Shown: positions 1 to 9,104, numbered from the stretch's first letter. The stretch is DNA of 24,029 nt from Candidatus Rifleibacteriota bacterium (GCA_051747585.1 JBNJGH010000047.1:1-24029); one strand, 5' to 3'. Program-made: numbers and translations. Notes: generated from the sequence alone by a model not told the origin.

Positions 1-58
1 AAATGCTTCTCAATATTGGTTGTTTCGCCCATTTGTACGGCCCACAGGTCGGCTCTTG

Positions 59-3014
59 TCACCGGAAAGGTGAAAACAGGTTCTTCATATTTTTTTCAAA
101 ACCGGGATTTTTTACATTAAACAGCTTCTCAGCTCCGACTAGCCGCATAGTAACAGTCGCCAGTAAGGTTATTGCACCATTGTTAGAAAAATCAATCTCT
201 GTTAAGAAACTTTCAGGATTTGACTCTGCAGTCGCACAATTTTCCGGGGAAATAACTGAATCCCATGCAACAGGGTCTATTACTGCATTAACCCAATCTT
301 CCTGCCAGGTAAAAATTTCCCCGGGTTTTTCCACTTTTTCATCATTAAGTTCTACATTCAATCTGACCTCAATACCGGAAGATTGATTTAAAGGAAAAAC
401 TTTTTTAGCAGGAGTTAAAGAGATATGCAAAGGTTGCACCGTAAACTCGACTTTATCAACCAGTTCGGTCGGATCTGTTTCTTCGTTGTTTTCAATTTTT
501 AACCGGGCTTCAATTGACCAGTTTCCCGAATGAGTCAGCTTTAAATGAAATGGTTGCTCCGGATCAGGTGGCGTAAATTCCTTGCCATTAATAAACCATT
601 GGATATTCTTTAATTTTTCAATTTCATCATCCACACTTGTGTTAACTTCAATTCTTGCGTTTAAGGGATAAGCCAGTTCTTCTATCGGAGAAAGAATTTT
701 TAAGCCAGGTAGTACCTTTATCTGTTTTTTCTCCTTTACTTTTACAAGAAAGCTGCCTTCAAAATCATCTGTGATTTCAATTAAAGCATCAGCATTTAGC
801 TCATAATTACCCGGCCCCCATAATGGATCAAATTTAAATTTAAGCTCATTATTTTCGGTTTCGGTTTTTTGATTTTTATTGAAAACCGGAATTCCATACC
901 AATATACGCTTTCAGCTTTGGGTGTATGGTAAAAATCTAAAATTTCCAGATTGTTTTCTACAGGGGTTAAGGTGCCACTTCCCATTCCTTCCATAGGGTA
1001 AATGTTTAAACTGAAATTTTTAGGAGAACCCTCATACATCGTTGTTAGGTTCTCCAGGGCAATTATTCCCTGACAAAAAGCAGTTTCCCTTGGAAAAACT
1101 TTAAAGCTAGGCAAATTCGTTAAAATTACCTTGTCATAATTTAATCTGGCAAAAAGAGTTGGCTCTGAAAAAAGAGTTTCCTCTGTTAAACTACAACCGA
1201 TTTCAAAACCAAATTCATTATAGTAGAATCTTGAATGCTCATTTTTTATGGAAAATACAAGTTCATTAACTTTTATAGGCACCATTGAAGAATCATGCTG
1301 CGAGGACAAAAGAACCCAGGGGCGTTGTAAGTCTTCAGTCTTTTGAAAAACACGTTTTTTTCCGTTAATTACAATTTTAAATTTATCTACTTGTGCAAAA
1401 ACTTCAGTTCCTGAAATTAGCCCGATTGTTGGATATTTAATGAAATTACATTCACCCTTCACTTTAAACCAGGCATTTAAAGTAGATTTCTCATCGGTCA
1501 TTTCAAAGTCATATTGCTCTGAAGAATATGAATAAGTCATTTTCAGAGTCTGTGTAATTTCGATAAATCCTGGGGTGTCAAAGATTATCTCGGTTCTTGT
1601 GGCAATGGCATCTTTTAATTCCACTGAACCACTGGAATTAATAATTTTTGCTCTGAATTCAGCAATATTTAAAATTCCATCTTTTAATAATGAAAATTTT
1701 TCACCTTCTTTAAGCTTTTCTGAGATGCCTCTAATTTTTAAATTACGATAAAAAGGCAATATACCCGAATTTTTATTTGTAAAAACATAATTGTGCTCTT
1801 TATTAAATTCCAACTTTGGAATGATTGGGTTTACTGTTTTCTCGGCTTTTATCCAGAAAGTGATAAATTCACCCTCGTTTAAAGGGTCTTTCTTTTTAAT
1901 TTTTTTCTTAAAATTTATTCTAAAAAAATCTTGTTTTAAGATTTTTACATGACTTGAACCTGAAACCCAAGGCCCTTCTATTCCTTTCAGCGAATATAGT
2001 GATTCAAGTACTTCCCCTGGGCCATTATAGCTGCAATGAAAGTTGAGCTTATTACCGGGAAAGGCACGATCTGTTAAAGGCAGGATTTGTAAATCATCTC
2101 GTAAGGATTTTCTCGTCAAACTATCATTTAAAAGCTTTAAATTTCTTGTTTCTAAACTAACGCCACTTTGTGTTAGTAAATATTTTTCAAAAATACGGCC
2201 ATCTTTTGTCTGATAGATAATTACTCTGATTTTTGTGGTTGAATCATGACTAGAGATTAATTCGCTTGCAGCAATTGAAAATTCTTTCACCATATGGCTG
2301 TCTGAAGGAATTTCTTCTGGGTTAAAAGATTTTTCTCCAACAGTAAAGAACCAGATTTTTTCGATTTTGTTGTTTGTTTTATCAATCAGCTGTAGCTTGA
2401 CCTTATAACGCCCAAACTTGAATAATGACTTCTTGCTTAAAATTGGTTGCCAGATAATTGTTTTTGCACCAATTACTAAATTCTTTTTCTCTTGGCCGTT
2501 AACAAAAAGGCGGACACTCTTTAAGAGATGTTCTGGGTGGTATTTAGCCCATATGGTCGGAAATAATACGCCAGCTTCTTTTTGCGGACCAAAATCATTA
2601 ATAAAGATTTTTTGCTTTGACTTAAACCACTGGGGAACTCGGATTTTGAAACCATTGATTTCCAGTTTGCGTGCAGGAACTTTTACAGGAAACTTATCAG
2701 ATTTTTTAAGTGAGACTTTTGGTGATTGTTTGAGTCGTTTAATTACATAGTTTTTTAGCCAATTAGTTTGTTCTGTGCTAAAGCTTGCTTCACCATGCAA
2801 ACTTAAAAATCTAAGGTTTTCTATTACTTTGAGTGCTGTTGGTAGTTGTTCGTCTTTAGTTTTCGAAAGACGGTGCTTGATTTCATCAAACTTTAATTTT
2901 TGGAAATCATAGAAGCTTTCTGGTAAAGATTCGCCCACAGCTTCAAAAGAAATTATAAAAAAAAACAAATAATAAAAGATAGAATCTATGGTATTTCACT
3001 TTGCTTGCATTCAT
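59..3014 (-). CDS. Large exported hypothetical protein (beta-rich, probably Ig/PKD-like domains), apparently frameshifted near both ends; possible pseudogene or sequence error
   Basis: 969-codon ORF at 59..2968. A better start is ATG 3014 (AGAGGA SD 7 nt upstream), giving a signal-peptide-like MNASKVKYHRFYLLLFVFFIISFEAVG if the T9 tract (A9 at 2957-2965 on +) loses one base. Adding one A at 90-96 would extend the frame to the window edge. Confidence 0.75.
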
Positions 3015-3159
3015 CCTCAATTCCTCTATATTAAGTATATTTATGTATTGTAAATTTTAATGTTTGTCTTCGTCAAGTTTTCGGAAAACCCCAAAAATAG
3101 CGATAGAATTTTTTTCGTTTCTTCTTATGAGTTTTCTATCTGTTTTGCGATAAAAATGT

Positions 3160-4726
3160 CCTGAAAATTGGGATTTTTTATCGTAGATAGAATTGAAATT
3201 TATATAATTTAGTTATTTACGCCTGAAAACTCTCTTTATTCATAGCTTTTGCGTATTTTCAGGCATGCGAAACCGTTAAAGACCTCCTTGTTTTTTTATT
3301 AACTCGTTTTTGTTTTTTAGATAGCCGCCAAAGCAAACTTTCTAATTCTAGCTCTCTCCTCCTGAAACACATTAAAACAATAACTTTCGACTTTTAACCA
3401 CACTTGCCTGCTATGCTTTATAAGCTTCCCGGCAGTCTGATAAAATTTCCAACGTATAGTTTGAACCTGATGTTTTTCCCATTTCTTCGGCAAAGCTGCA
3501 ATTTTAAATAGTCTGAAAAGATTGTAAGCTATGGCACCGATTCGAAAATACACCGCATTTGCTCTTGTTTCCCCGCAAGGCATATATTCCATACCGAAAC
3601 CGATCTTAAGTTCTTTAATGCGATTTTCACTTGCCTGACCACGCTGGTTATACCATTTGATTATCTTTTCAGGATCCCCTTTTATATTAGTAGCTATTAT
3701 AAAATATCTGGAACTGTCATCTGCTTCTTCATCGAATAGATCGGGTTGCCATGGCCTTCTGATGATTATTATGTCAAAGGCCTTTTTTGTTTTTTGCATA
3801 CAATGAGTTATTTTTAAAATGCTGGAATCATTCTGGTATTTTTGCCATTCACTCACATCTCTTTCTCTGATTATGGTTTTAACAGCTTCATCCATGCGAC
3901 CACCAATAGCAAACTTAATATTATTCTTTTCACACCAGTTAAAAATGCTTGCTTGATAGCTTGCGCTATCTGCTCTTAGACGCCTGATCCTTTGCCTGCG
4001 AGGCATATTTCTGCAACATTGTTTAATAAACTCGAGGTTTCTTGTTCCAAGACTGACATTACCTTCACGAAATTCATCTGCTATTATCATTCCTGTTTCA
4101 GAAATATGACCAAGAATTGGCATAAAGCCTTTTACACCTTTGTAGGTTATTTTTGCTGCCTTCTTCTCAGCGGCAACCTGACTTGCATCAATGTCCAAAG
4201 TGTATTCTAATTTCTTAATGTGTTGTAAGCCTCTTTTATTTATGACTTTATTAACCTGAGAAAGGCCTGAAAGACCGCATTTTTTATTTCCGATAAAACG
4301 CAACCAGTCGCCTACTGCACTGCTGCTGGGAACTTTACATGTCTGCAAAAGCTCCAGCAAGGCTTTATCATGAGCGATTTCGCGAAGGTCCTCTATATAG
4401 CGACCACCGCCATGCAGCATCAGCAATAGTGGAACTATAAAATCTGAAGGCTTATAACTGCGATTGCTTTTAGATGATAATACATGATGATCAACTAGCT
4501 CGGAAAGCGCCTGTGAATGAAGAAATTCACCAAATAAGCATAGACCTGAATGAGAAGTAATTTTTTCATCAGTAGAAGAAAGCTTGAAAGGAAGCAACGG
4601 AGATGATATTGTTTTCATAATAAACCTTTTGGGTGATTTAGTTTAGGTCGGGATATCTTTACTAAAACATATTCCAAAAGGTTTTTCTAGTTTTAAATGA
4701 AAATTTTCGATAAAATCTCCATCAGG
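3160..4726 (-). mobile_element. IS1380-family insertion sequence (ends approximate)
   Basis: Contains an IS1380-type transposase. Candidate imperfect ends are CCTGAAAATTGGGATTTTTTATCG (3160-3183) and the reverse complement of 4708-4726 (CCTGATGGAGATTTTATCG), giving ~1.57 kb. No target-site duplication is visible, and an alternative pairing (~3073 with ~4961) exists. Confidence 0.55.
3317..4618 (-). CDS. tnp: IS1380-family DDE transposase
   Basis: 433 aa, uninterrupted. Motifs TLDIDAS, YKGVKGFMPI, FREGN, LRADSASY and YNQRGQASENRIKELK are typical of IS1380 transposases. Confidence 0.93.
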   Translation of the reverse strand: MKTISSPLLPFKLSSTDEKITSHSGLCLFGEFLHSQALSELVDHHVLSSKSNRSYKPSDFIVPLLLMLHGGGRYIEDLREIAHDKALLELLQTCKVPSSSAVGDWLRFIGNKKCGLSGLSQVNKVINKRGLQHIKKLEYTLDIDASQVAAEKKAAKITYKGVKGFMPILGHISETGMIIADEFREGNVSLGTRNLEFIKQCCRNMPRRQRIRRLRADSASYQASIFNWCEKNNIKFAIGGRMDEAVKTIIRERDVSEWQKYQNDSSILKITHCMQKTKKAFDIIIIRRPWQPDLFDEEADDSSRYFIIATNIKGDPEKIIKWYNQRGQASENRIKELKIGFGMEYMPCGETRANAVYFRIGAIAYNLFRLFKIAALPKKWEKHQVQTIRWKFYQTAGKLIKHSRQVWLKVESYCFNVFQEERARIRKFALAAI

Positions 4727-5018
4727 CAATTGCTACGCTAATGTAACTTAGGCGGCGAAAAATTCGCAAGCACCTGTTCTTCTATTTTGAAGCGGCTTTG
4801 GTGACCGTAAGTGGAGAAGAGGCTTTTCATAAGCGGAGGTGTCGGAGCCTTCCGATTTTCTCTGAAAGCGAGCCCCTGAATTTCGAGTCGGTAAACAGGA
4901 GGTTTCCCGACCTTCAAGATCGCCATGGAAGGCGATTCTTGAGGGTTTCTCGAATATCAGGAGTTGAGCTTAAAGCAAGAAAATCGAGAAGGCGTAGATG
5001 CGTAGCGTTGAAATGCCT
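4724..5018. ncRNA. Putative structured non-coding element (ncRNA or MITE/REP-like palindromic element)
   Basis: Nested long-range stems 4727-4738/5000-5010, 4847-4861/4978-4993 and 4875-4887/4949-4961, plus hairpins 4888-4910 and 4911-4945. GC-richer than its flanks; no convincing ORF. Confidence 0.55.
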
Positions 5019-5466
5019 CTTCGTAACGAGCCGTTAGAAAATATTTTTTTTCAAATCACCCAATGGGTGAAAACAGTACATTGCTCAAATTCGCTATTAA
5101 AAACAATTCAAGCAAAATTTAATGACTCAAAAATTATTTCAGGGTATTTAGATATATTTACATGTTTTACAACTGTTACAGAGGTCATTCATACATCAAC
5201 TATAAATCCCCAATGGATGTGGCTTCAGAAAACAGTTTGAGAAAGGCCGCTTAAAAAAGTGTCTATTTTTACTTGACCATTCCATTTAAATAGAAAATGG
5301 CAGCAGTTCAATCACAAAAATTTCAAAAGAAATTTTTAAATTAGTCAAAATAAAGTTCAAACCAAAATAATTCGCGAAATTAACACAATTTAAAATGCAA
5401 AACAACACAGGTCAAACTGCACTTAGTTTTGCAATTAAGATAAGTATGGAGATTGATTTTATACTC

Positions 5467-5496
5467 TTGACATTCTTTGCGGAGCAAGGCTATTAT
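5467..5496 (+). promoter_or_regulatory. sigma70-type promoter
   Basis: TTGACA (5467-5472), 18-nt spacer, TATTAT (5491-5496); SD GAGGAG at 5537-5542 before ATG 5552. Confidence 0.65.
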
Positions 5497-5551
5497 ACAA
5501 GTGGATTTCTACCTTGGAAATCAATAATAATTTGAAGAGGAGTTTTCTTTT

Positions 5552-6553
5552 ATGTTCAAAAAGCTTATATTAGCGACTTTATTATTAGTAGCTTTTACCG
5601 GTTCGTCGGTTTTTTCAGCAGACCTTTTTCAGCTAATTCCACAAGAGGCTGATTTTGTTATTCAGGTAAATATAAATAAAATTCTATCTACCCCAGCTGC
5701 TAAAAAAGCTTTGATGGCAAATCTTGAAAAATCGCCAAAACAGAAAAAAGCTTTTGACGAATTTGTCAAAAATACTGGTTTCAATCCTATGGAAAACCTG
5801 AAACGAGTAGTTGTATTTTCCAGCGGCAAGATTGATCCAAAAAAACCTGGTCAAATGGCCGGAGCGCTCTTTGATGGAACCTTCAATTCCACAAAAATTC
5901 TGGAATCCATCAAAAAAGACGAAAAAGCTGCCAAAGAAGTAAATATAACTAAAATCAATGGTTTTGATGCAGTTGTTCCCAAAGACAAAAAAGAAGGTTA
6001 CGGCCTGTTTCTTGACAGCTCTACAGCTGTTGTTGGTGCTGAACCTGGCGTTATGGCCGTCAAAGACGTTAAACTTGGCGAAGGCAAAAATGTTTCTGCC
6101 AAAAAAGAATTTTACCAAATTCTCAAAAAAATTGACAAAAATGCTACTGTAAGTGGTGCCGGCCTTATTCCAGCCCAACTGAAAGAAAAGGTAAAAGCCA
6201 ATCCTCAAGCAGCACCTCTAGCCGCCCTGGATTATTTCTTCTTCTCTTTTAACCATGGCGAAAACATTGAATTCATTTTTAACGGTGAAGTTGACAAGAA
6301 AGAAAACGTTAACACTGTAATGACTTCTCTAAACGGCTTCCTTGCAATGCTTAAAATGTTTGCCGGTCAGGCCCCGGAAGCTGTTGAAGTTCTTAATATG
6401 GTAAAAATTGGATCAGAAGGCAAAACTGTAGCAATAAATCTTAACGTTCCCAAAGCCAAACTTGAAGAAATCAAGAAAAAAATGGAAGAAAGAGTTAAGC
6501 AGATGAAAATGCAGGGAGCCGAAGAAGAAGGTTCAAGCAATAAAAGAAAATAA
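5552..6553 (+). CDS. Exported hypothetical protein (Sec signal peptide; loosely DUF3352-like)
   Basis: 333 aa with signal peptide MFKKLILATLLLVAFTGSSVFS; has its own promoter, SD and terminator. The family assignment is only a resemblance. Confidence 0.85.
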   Translation: MFKKLILATLLLVAFTGSSVFSADLFQLIPQEADFVIQVNINKILSTPAAKKALMANLEKSPKQKKAFDEFVKNTGFNPMENLKRVVVFSSGKIDPKKPGQMAGALFDGTFNSTKILESIKKDEKAAKEVNITKINGFDAVVPKDKKEGYGLFLDSSTAVVGAEPGVMAVKDVKLGEGKNVSAKKEFYQILKKIDKNATVSGAGLIPAQLKEKVKANPQAAPLAALDYFFFSFNHGENIEFIFNGEVDKKENVNTVMTSLNGFLAMLKMFAGQAPEAVEVLNMVKIGSEGKTVAINLNVPKAKLEEIKKKMEERVKQMKMQGAEEEGSSNKRK

Positions 6554-6567
6554 TTTAACGCTAAAAT

Positions 6568-6599
6568 AAAAAAGACCGGAATTTTCCGGTCTTTTTTTT
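6568..6599 (+). terminator. Rho-independent terminator (probably bidirectional)
   Basis: AAAAAAGACCGGAA-ttt-TCCGGTCTTTTTTTT: perfect GC-containing stem plus U-tract, 15 nt after stop 6553. Confidence 0.9.
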
Positions 6600-6637
6600 A
6601 TGCAGATTTCGACTCTGAGTGCCGATACTAATCAGGC

Positions 6638-7942
6638 ATGCGCTTGAAAAATTTAATAATTTTATGCTGCCTGATTATGGTGGCGGGCAATCTTTATGCT
6701 CAGCCATATGACCTTCTATTACCCGGGAAAGAGAGCCCTGACAATCTTAGCAAAGAACTTAGAAGTCTGCAGGCAATTCAAAGAGACCTGGCAATTGAAA
6801 AGTTGACCAGAGAACCATCAAAACTCGAGGCCTACCTTGAACTTGCCGAACTCAGGTCAACACAGGGGAAGTTGCAGGAAGCTCAAAGATTTTACGAAAT
6901 GGCTCTAAAAATAGATCCTGAAAATCGTGAGGCTAAAGTAGGTCTTGCAATGGTTCATTATCATAAAGGCGAATTTAATTACAGCAAAGAGCTATTTAAT
7001 CAGCTTCATTCAGAGTCAACCATAGCAGATGATATGCAACATGGACTTGCAGCCTATCGTAGATTATTGAAAAATGAAGCTCAGTTGGGTTTAACCATAA
7101 GAGAAGACGATCGGGGGCTTTCTGAAGTAATATCTTCTATAGAAGGTAGATTTCCTTCAACCACCTATCAAAAGCTTACAGGAATTTACCGCTATGAGAA
7201 CTGGATGTATGAAGATAATGGCCAGGAAACCAATACCCAGATCTTATCATCCTTTTTTGATTACAAATCTGACGAAAATACAAGCTTCTCGATTGGCATA
7301 GCTCCAGAAATTTTTTCTGGAAAGGATAGCCTAACTGGCTACAGTGGGCAGTTTATAACAGGAAGCGAAAACCTTCATATTGCCCTGTCAACCAGCAAAC
7401 AAACTTTTAAAGAGAATCTGCAGACGGTTAGAGCTAAATTAAGCGAAACAAACCATCAAATAACATTATACGGTGATTTAAACCCGAGAACAAGAGTAAT
7501 TCAGACAATTACCGCAACAGATTTATCAGATGGGAACCTAAGACGCCGCTATGATTCGGAACTATTACATTACATTTACCGTGAAGGCGCTCCATTCCTT
7601 TCTATGACCCTTAAACTCATCCAGATGGGCTACGAACAACAATTTGACAACTCAAACAAAGTGCTGCCATATTGGGCACCTTCAGACTTCAGAGGCGGCG
7701 AATTAACCCTTTCATGGGAAAGATCTATTGGATCTCGATGGTGGTGGGGAATTGACACCAATTTTATCAGCAACAACTACAAATTTGAAACTGATGAGCG
7801 AATAAGCGACAATGGTGCCGGAGCATTGATTCATTTAAGCTATAAATTTGATTCAGGCAGAGTTTATGCCTCAATTGGAGACAGGATTCACAACTACTTT
7901 CGAGAAAGAAAACTGGAAATATACGGCAGTTTTGATTTTTAA
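6638..7942 (+). CDS. TPR-containing outer-membrane beta-barrel protein (YaiO/PgaA-like architecture)
   Basis: Signal peptide, then ~2 TPRs (AYLELAELRSTQGKLQEAQRFYEMALKIDPEN), then amphipathic beta-strands ending in a C-terminal aromatic signature LEIYGSFDF. Confidence 0.75.
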   Translation: MRLKNLIILCCLIMVAGNLYAQPYDLLLPGKESPDNLSKELRSLQAIQRDLAIEKLTREPSKLEAYLELAELRSTQGKLQEAQRFYEMALKIDPENREAKVGLAMVHYHKGEFNYSKELFNQLHSESTIADDMQHGLAAYRRLLKNEAQLGLTIREDDRGLSEVISSIEGRFPSTTYQKLTGIYRYENWMYEDNGQETNTQILSSFFDYKSDENTSFSIGIAPEIFSGKDSLTGYSGQFITGSENLHIALSTSKQTFKENLQTVRAKLSETNHQITLYGDLNPRTRVIQTITATDLSDGNLRRRYDSELLHYIYREGAPFLSMTLKLIQMGYEQQFDNSNKVLPYWAPSDFRGGELTLSWERSIGSRWWWGIDTNFISNNYKFETDERISDNGAGALIHLSYKFDSGRVYASIGDRIHNYFRERKLEIYGSFDF

Positions 7943-8182
7943 CTAAAAGAAAAACCACTTAATAATAAAACTTATTACATAACCTGAAATAAAGCCGTCG
8001 GCAAAAGCCCAGGAGGCACCGATAAGAATGCCTCTCGGGGTGAAATTAAATCCTTCATAAATATAGGCAATAAGTAGCAGCAAAGGACTGGGCTCTCCGC
8101 CGGTTATTTCAGCAAGAGTCCAGACAACGAGAGCAAAAGCCCACATTATTCCTGCCAGAATACCTATTTCAAGTGGTGTCAT
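7943..8182 (-). CDS. Small 2-TM membrane protein resembling a family often annotated 'bacteriophage holin'
   Basis: 79 hydrophobic aa with motif YEGFNFTPRGILIGASWAFADG; ATGA overlap with the upstream amrB. Confidence 0.65.
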   Translation of the reverse strand: MTPLEIGILAGIMWAFALVVWTLAEITGGEPSPLLLLIAYIYEGFNFTPRGILIGASWAFADGFISGYVISFIIKWFFF

Positions 8183-9030
8183 ACACTTTCCTCAAATGCC
8201 ATTGCCGCATAACCAACTCCACGCTCGTGAGGCATGACATCCATAGAAGTTGAATATTTAAGCAGCCTGGCTTTTACGGGTTTGCCCTTCAAGGCAACCA
8301 TCAGGGCACTTATGGACATTAAGCCACACACACTGCGGTCTTCAGATACAATTAAATCATAAAATTCTTGCGCAGTCAGGCCTTTTATAATTTCAATTAC
8401 TTCTGCATCAAGTTTATAGGCCTTTTCTCTGGGGGTATCATGAGAGAAGTCAGAGCTGGCAATAATAAGAGTATCATCAGCATCGTTCTCGCCTGAAAAT
8501 TTCCTGAATTCTTCAAAAGCATGGCGAACAGATGCAAAACTGTTATAAGCAATTGCAATTGGAACAATAGAAAAATCTTTATCGCCATAAATCTTTTGTA
8601 AAAATGGTAACTGCACCTCAATAGAATGCTCGAACTGATGAGCGGCTTCATCTAGTTTAAACTGATTTATCTTTTCACAAAGTTCCTTACAAAAATCCTT
8701 ATCAACCCTTACATTGCCTAATGGAGTCTGCCAGTAATCCGCATTACTTACGGCATAATCTTCACCAAAATGAGTATGCTTGGGCCCCAATATAATAACT
8801 CTGGAGGGCAGAGGTTTTTCGAGCTTTAGCCTTGTAAAACCATAAGAAGCCGGCGGACCGCTGAACATGAATCCGGCATGAGGAAGAATCAGCCCTTTCA
8901 GCTTACCTCTGATTCCAATTTCGTCCTCTTTTACACCAAGCTCATGGTTGAAACAGGATTCGATCTCATCTAACAACTCGATTTTATCATTCTTGTAAAA
9001 TCTTCCCGAAACTACAGGTTGCCTGATCAT
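8179..9030 (-). CDS. amrB: AmmeMemoRadiSam system protein B (MEMO1 family)
   Basis: Motifs RQPVVSGRFY, LPHAG, GPKH, EHSIEVQLPFLQ, ASSDFSH, CG and VGYAA; SD GGGAG upstream. Confidence 0.93.
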   Translation of the reverse strand: MIRQPVVSGRFYKNDKIELLDEIESCFNHELGVKEDEIGIRGKLKGLILPHAGFMFSGPPASYGFTRLKLEKPLPSRVIILGPKHTHFGEDYAVSNADYWQTPLGNVRVDKDFCKELCEKINQFKLDEAAHQFEHSIEVQLPFLQKIYGDKDFSIVPIAIAYNSFASVRHAFEEFRKFSGENDADDTLIIASSDFSHDTPREKAYKLDAEVIEIIKGLTAQEFYDLIVSEDRSVCGLMSISALMVALKGKPVKARLLKYSTSMDVMPHERGVGYAAMAFEESV

Positions 9031-9069
9031 TGAAATTCTCCCATATTTTTGAAATTGTCGCTTAATTTG

Positions 9070-9098
9070 TTGAAGACGCCAGAATATTCAATTACAAT
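9070..9098 (+). promoter_or_regulatory. sigma70-type promoter, probably producing a leaderless mRNA
   Basis: TTGAAG (9070-9075), 17 nt, TACAAT (9093-9098); ATG follows 6 nt later at 9105 with no SD. Confidence 0.55.
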
Positions 9099-9104
9099 AA
9101 CTTT

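Noticed and set aside
3..386. 127-aa + strand ORF, and other ORFs inside larger genes on either strand (e.g. 2418-2750, 3992-4210, 5684-6208, 12811-13251, 18552-20312, 23126-23479)
   Set aside because: Shadow ORFs lying (almost) entirely within well-supported genes, with no recognisable motifs.
2996..3010. TGA recoding (alternative genetic code) to extend the large ORF from ATG CAA GCA AAG TGA
   Set aside because: TGA is clearly a stop elsewhere (10812, 11464, 15790, 21207, and the ATGA overlaps); a 1-nt frameshift gives a better signal peptide.
4724..5040. Integron attC site, IscB/TnpB omega-RNA, RNase P, tmRNA or SRP as the identity of the structured element
   Set aside because: GTTAGAA at 5033 has no matching RYYYAAC closing the fold; there is no integrase, IscB or TnpB gene; the diagnostic conserved motifs of the housekeeping RNAs are absent.
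4738..5240. Short ORFs 4738-4926 (-), 4798-5037 (+) and 4998-5240 (+)
   Set aside because: No family motifs; better explained as by-products of a GC-richer palindromic element.
7943..8182. Prophage
   Set aside because: Only a holin-like resemblance; no endolysin, integrase or virion genes in the window.
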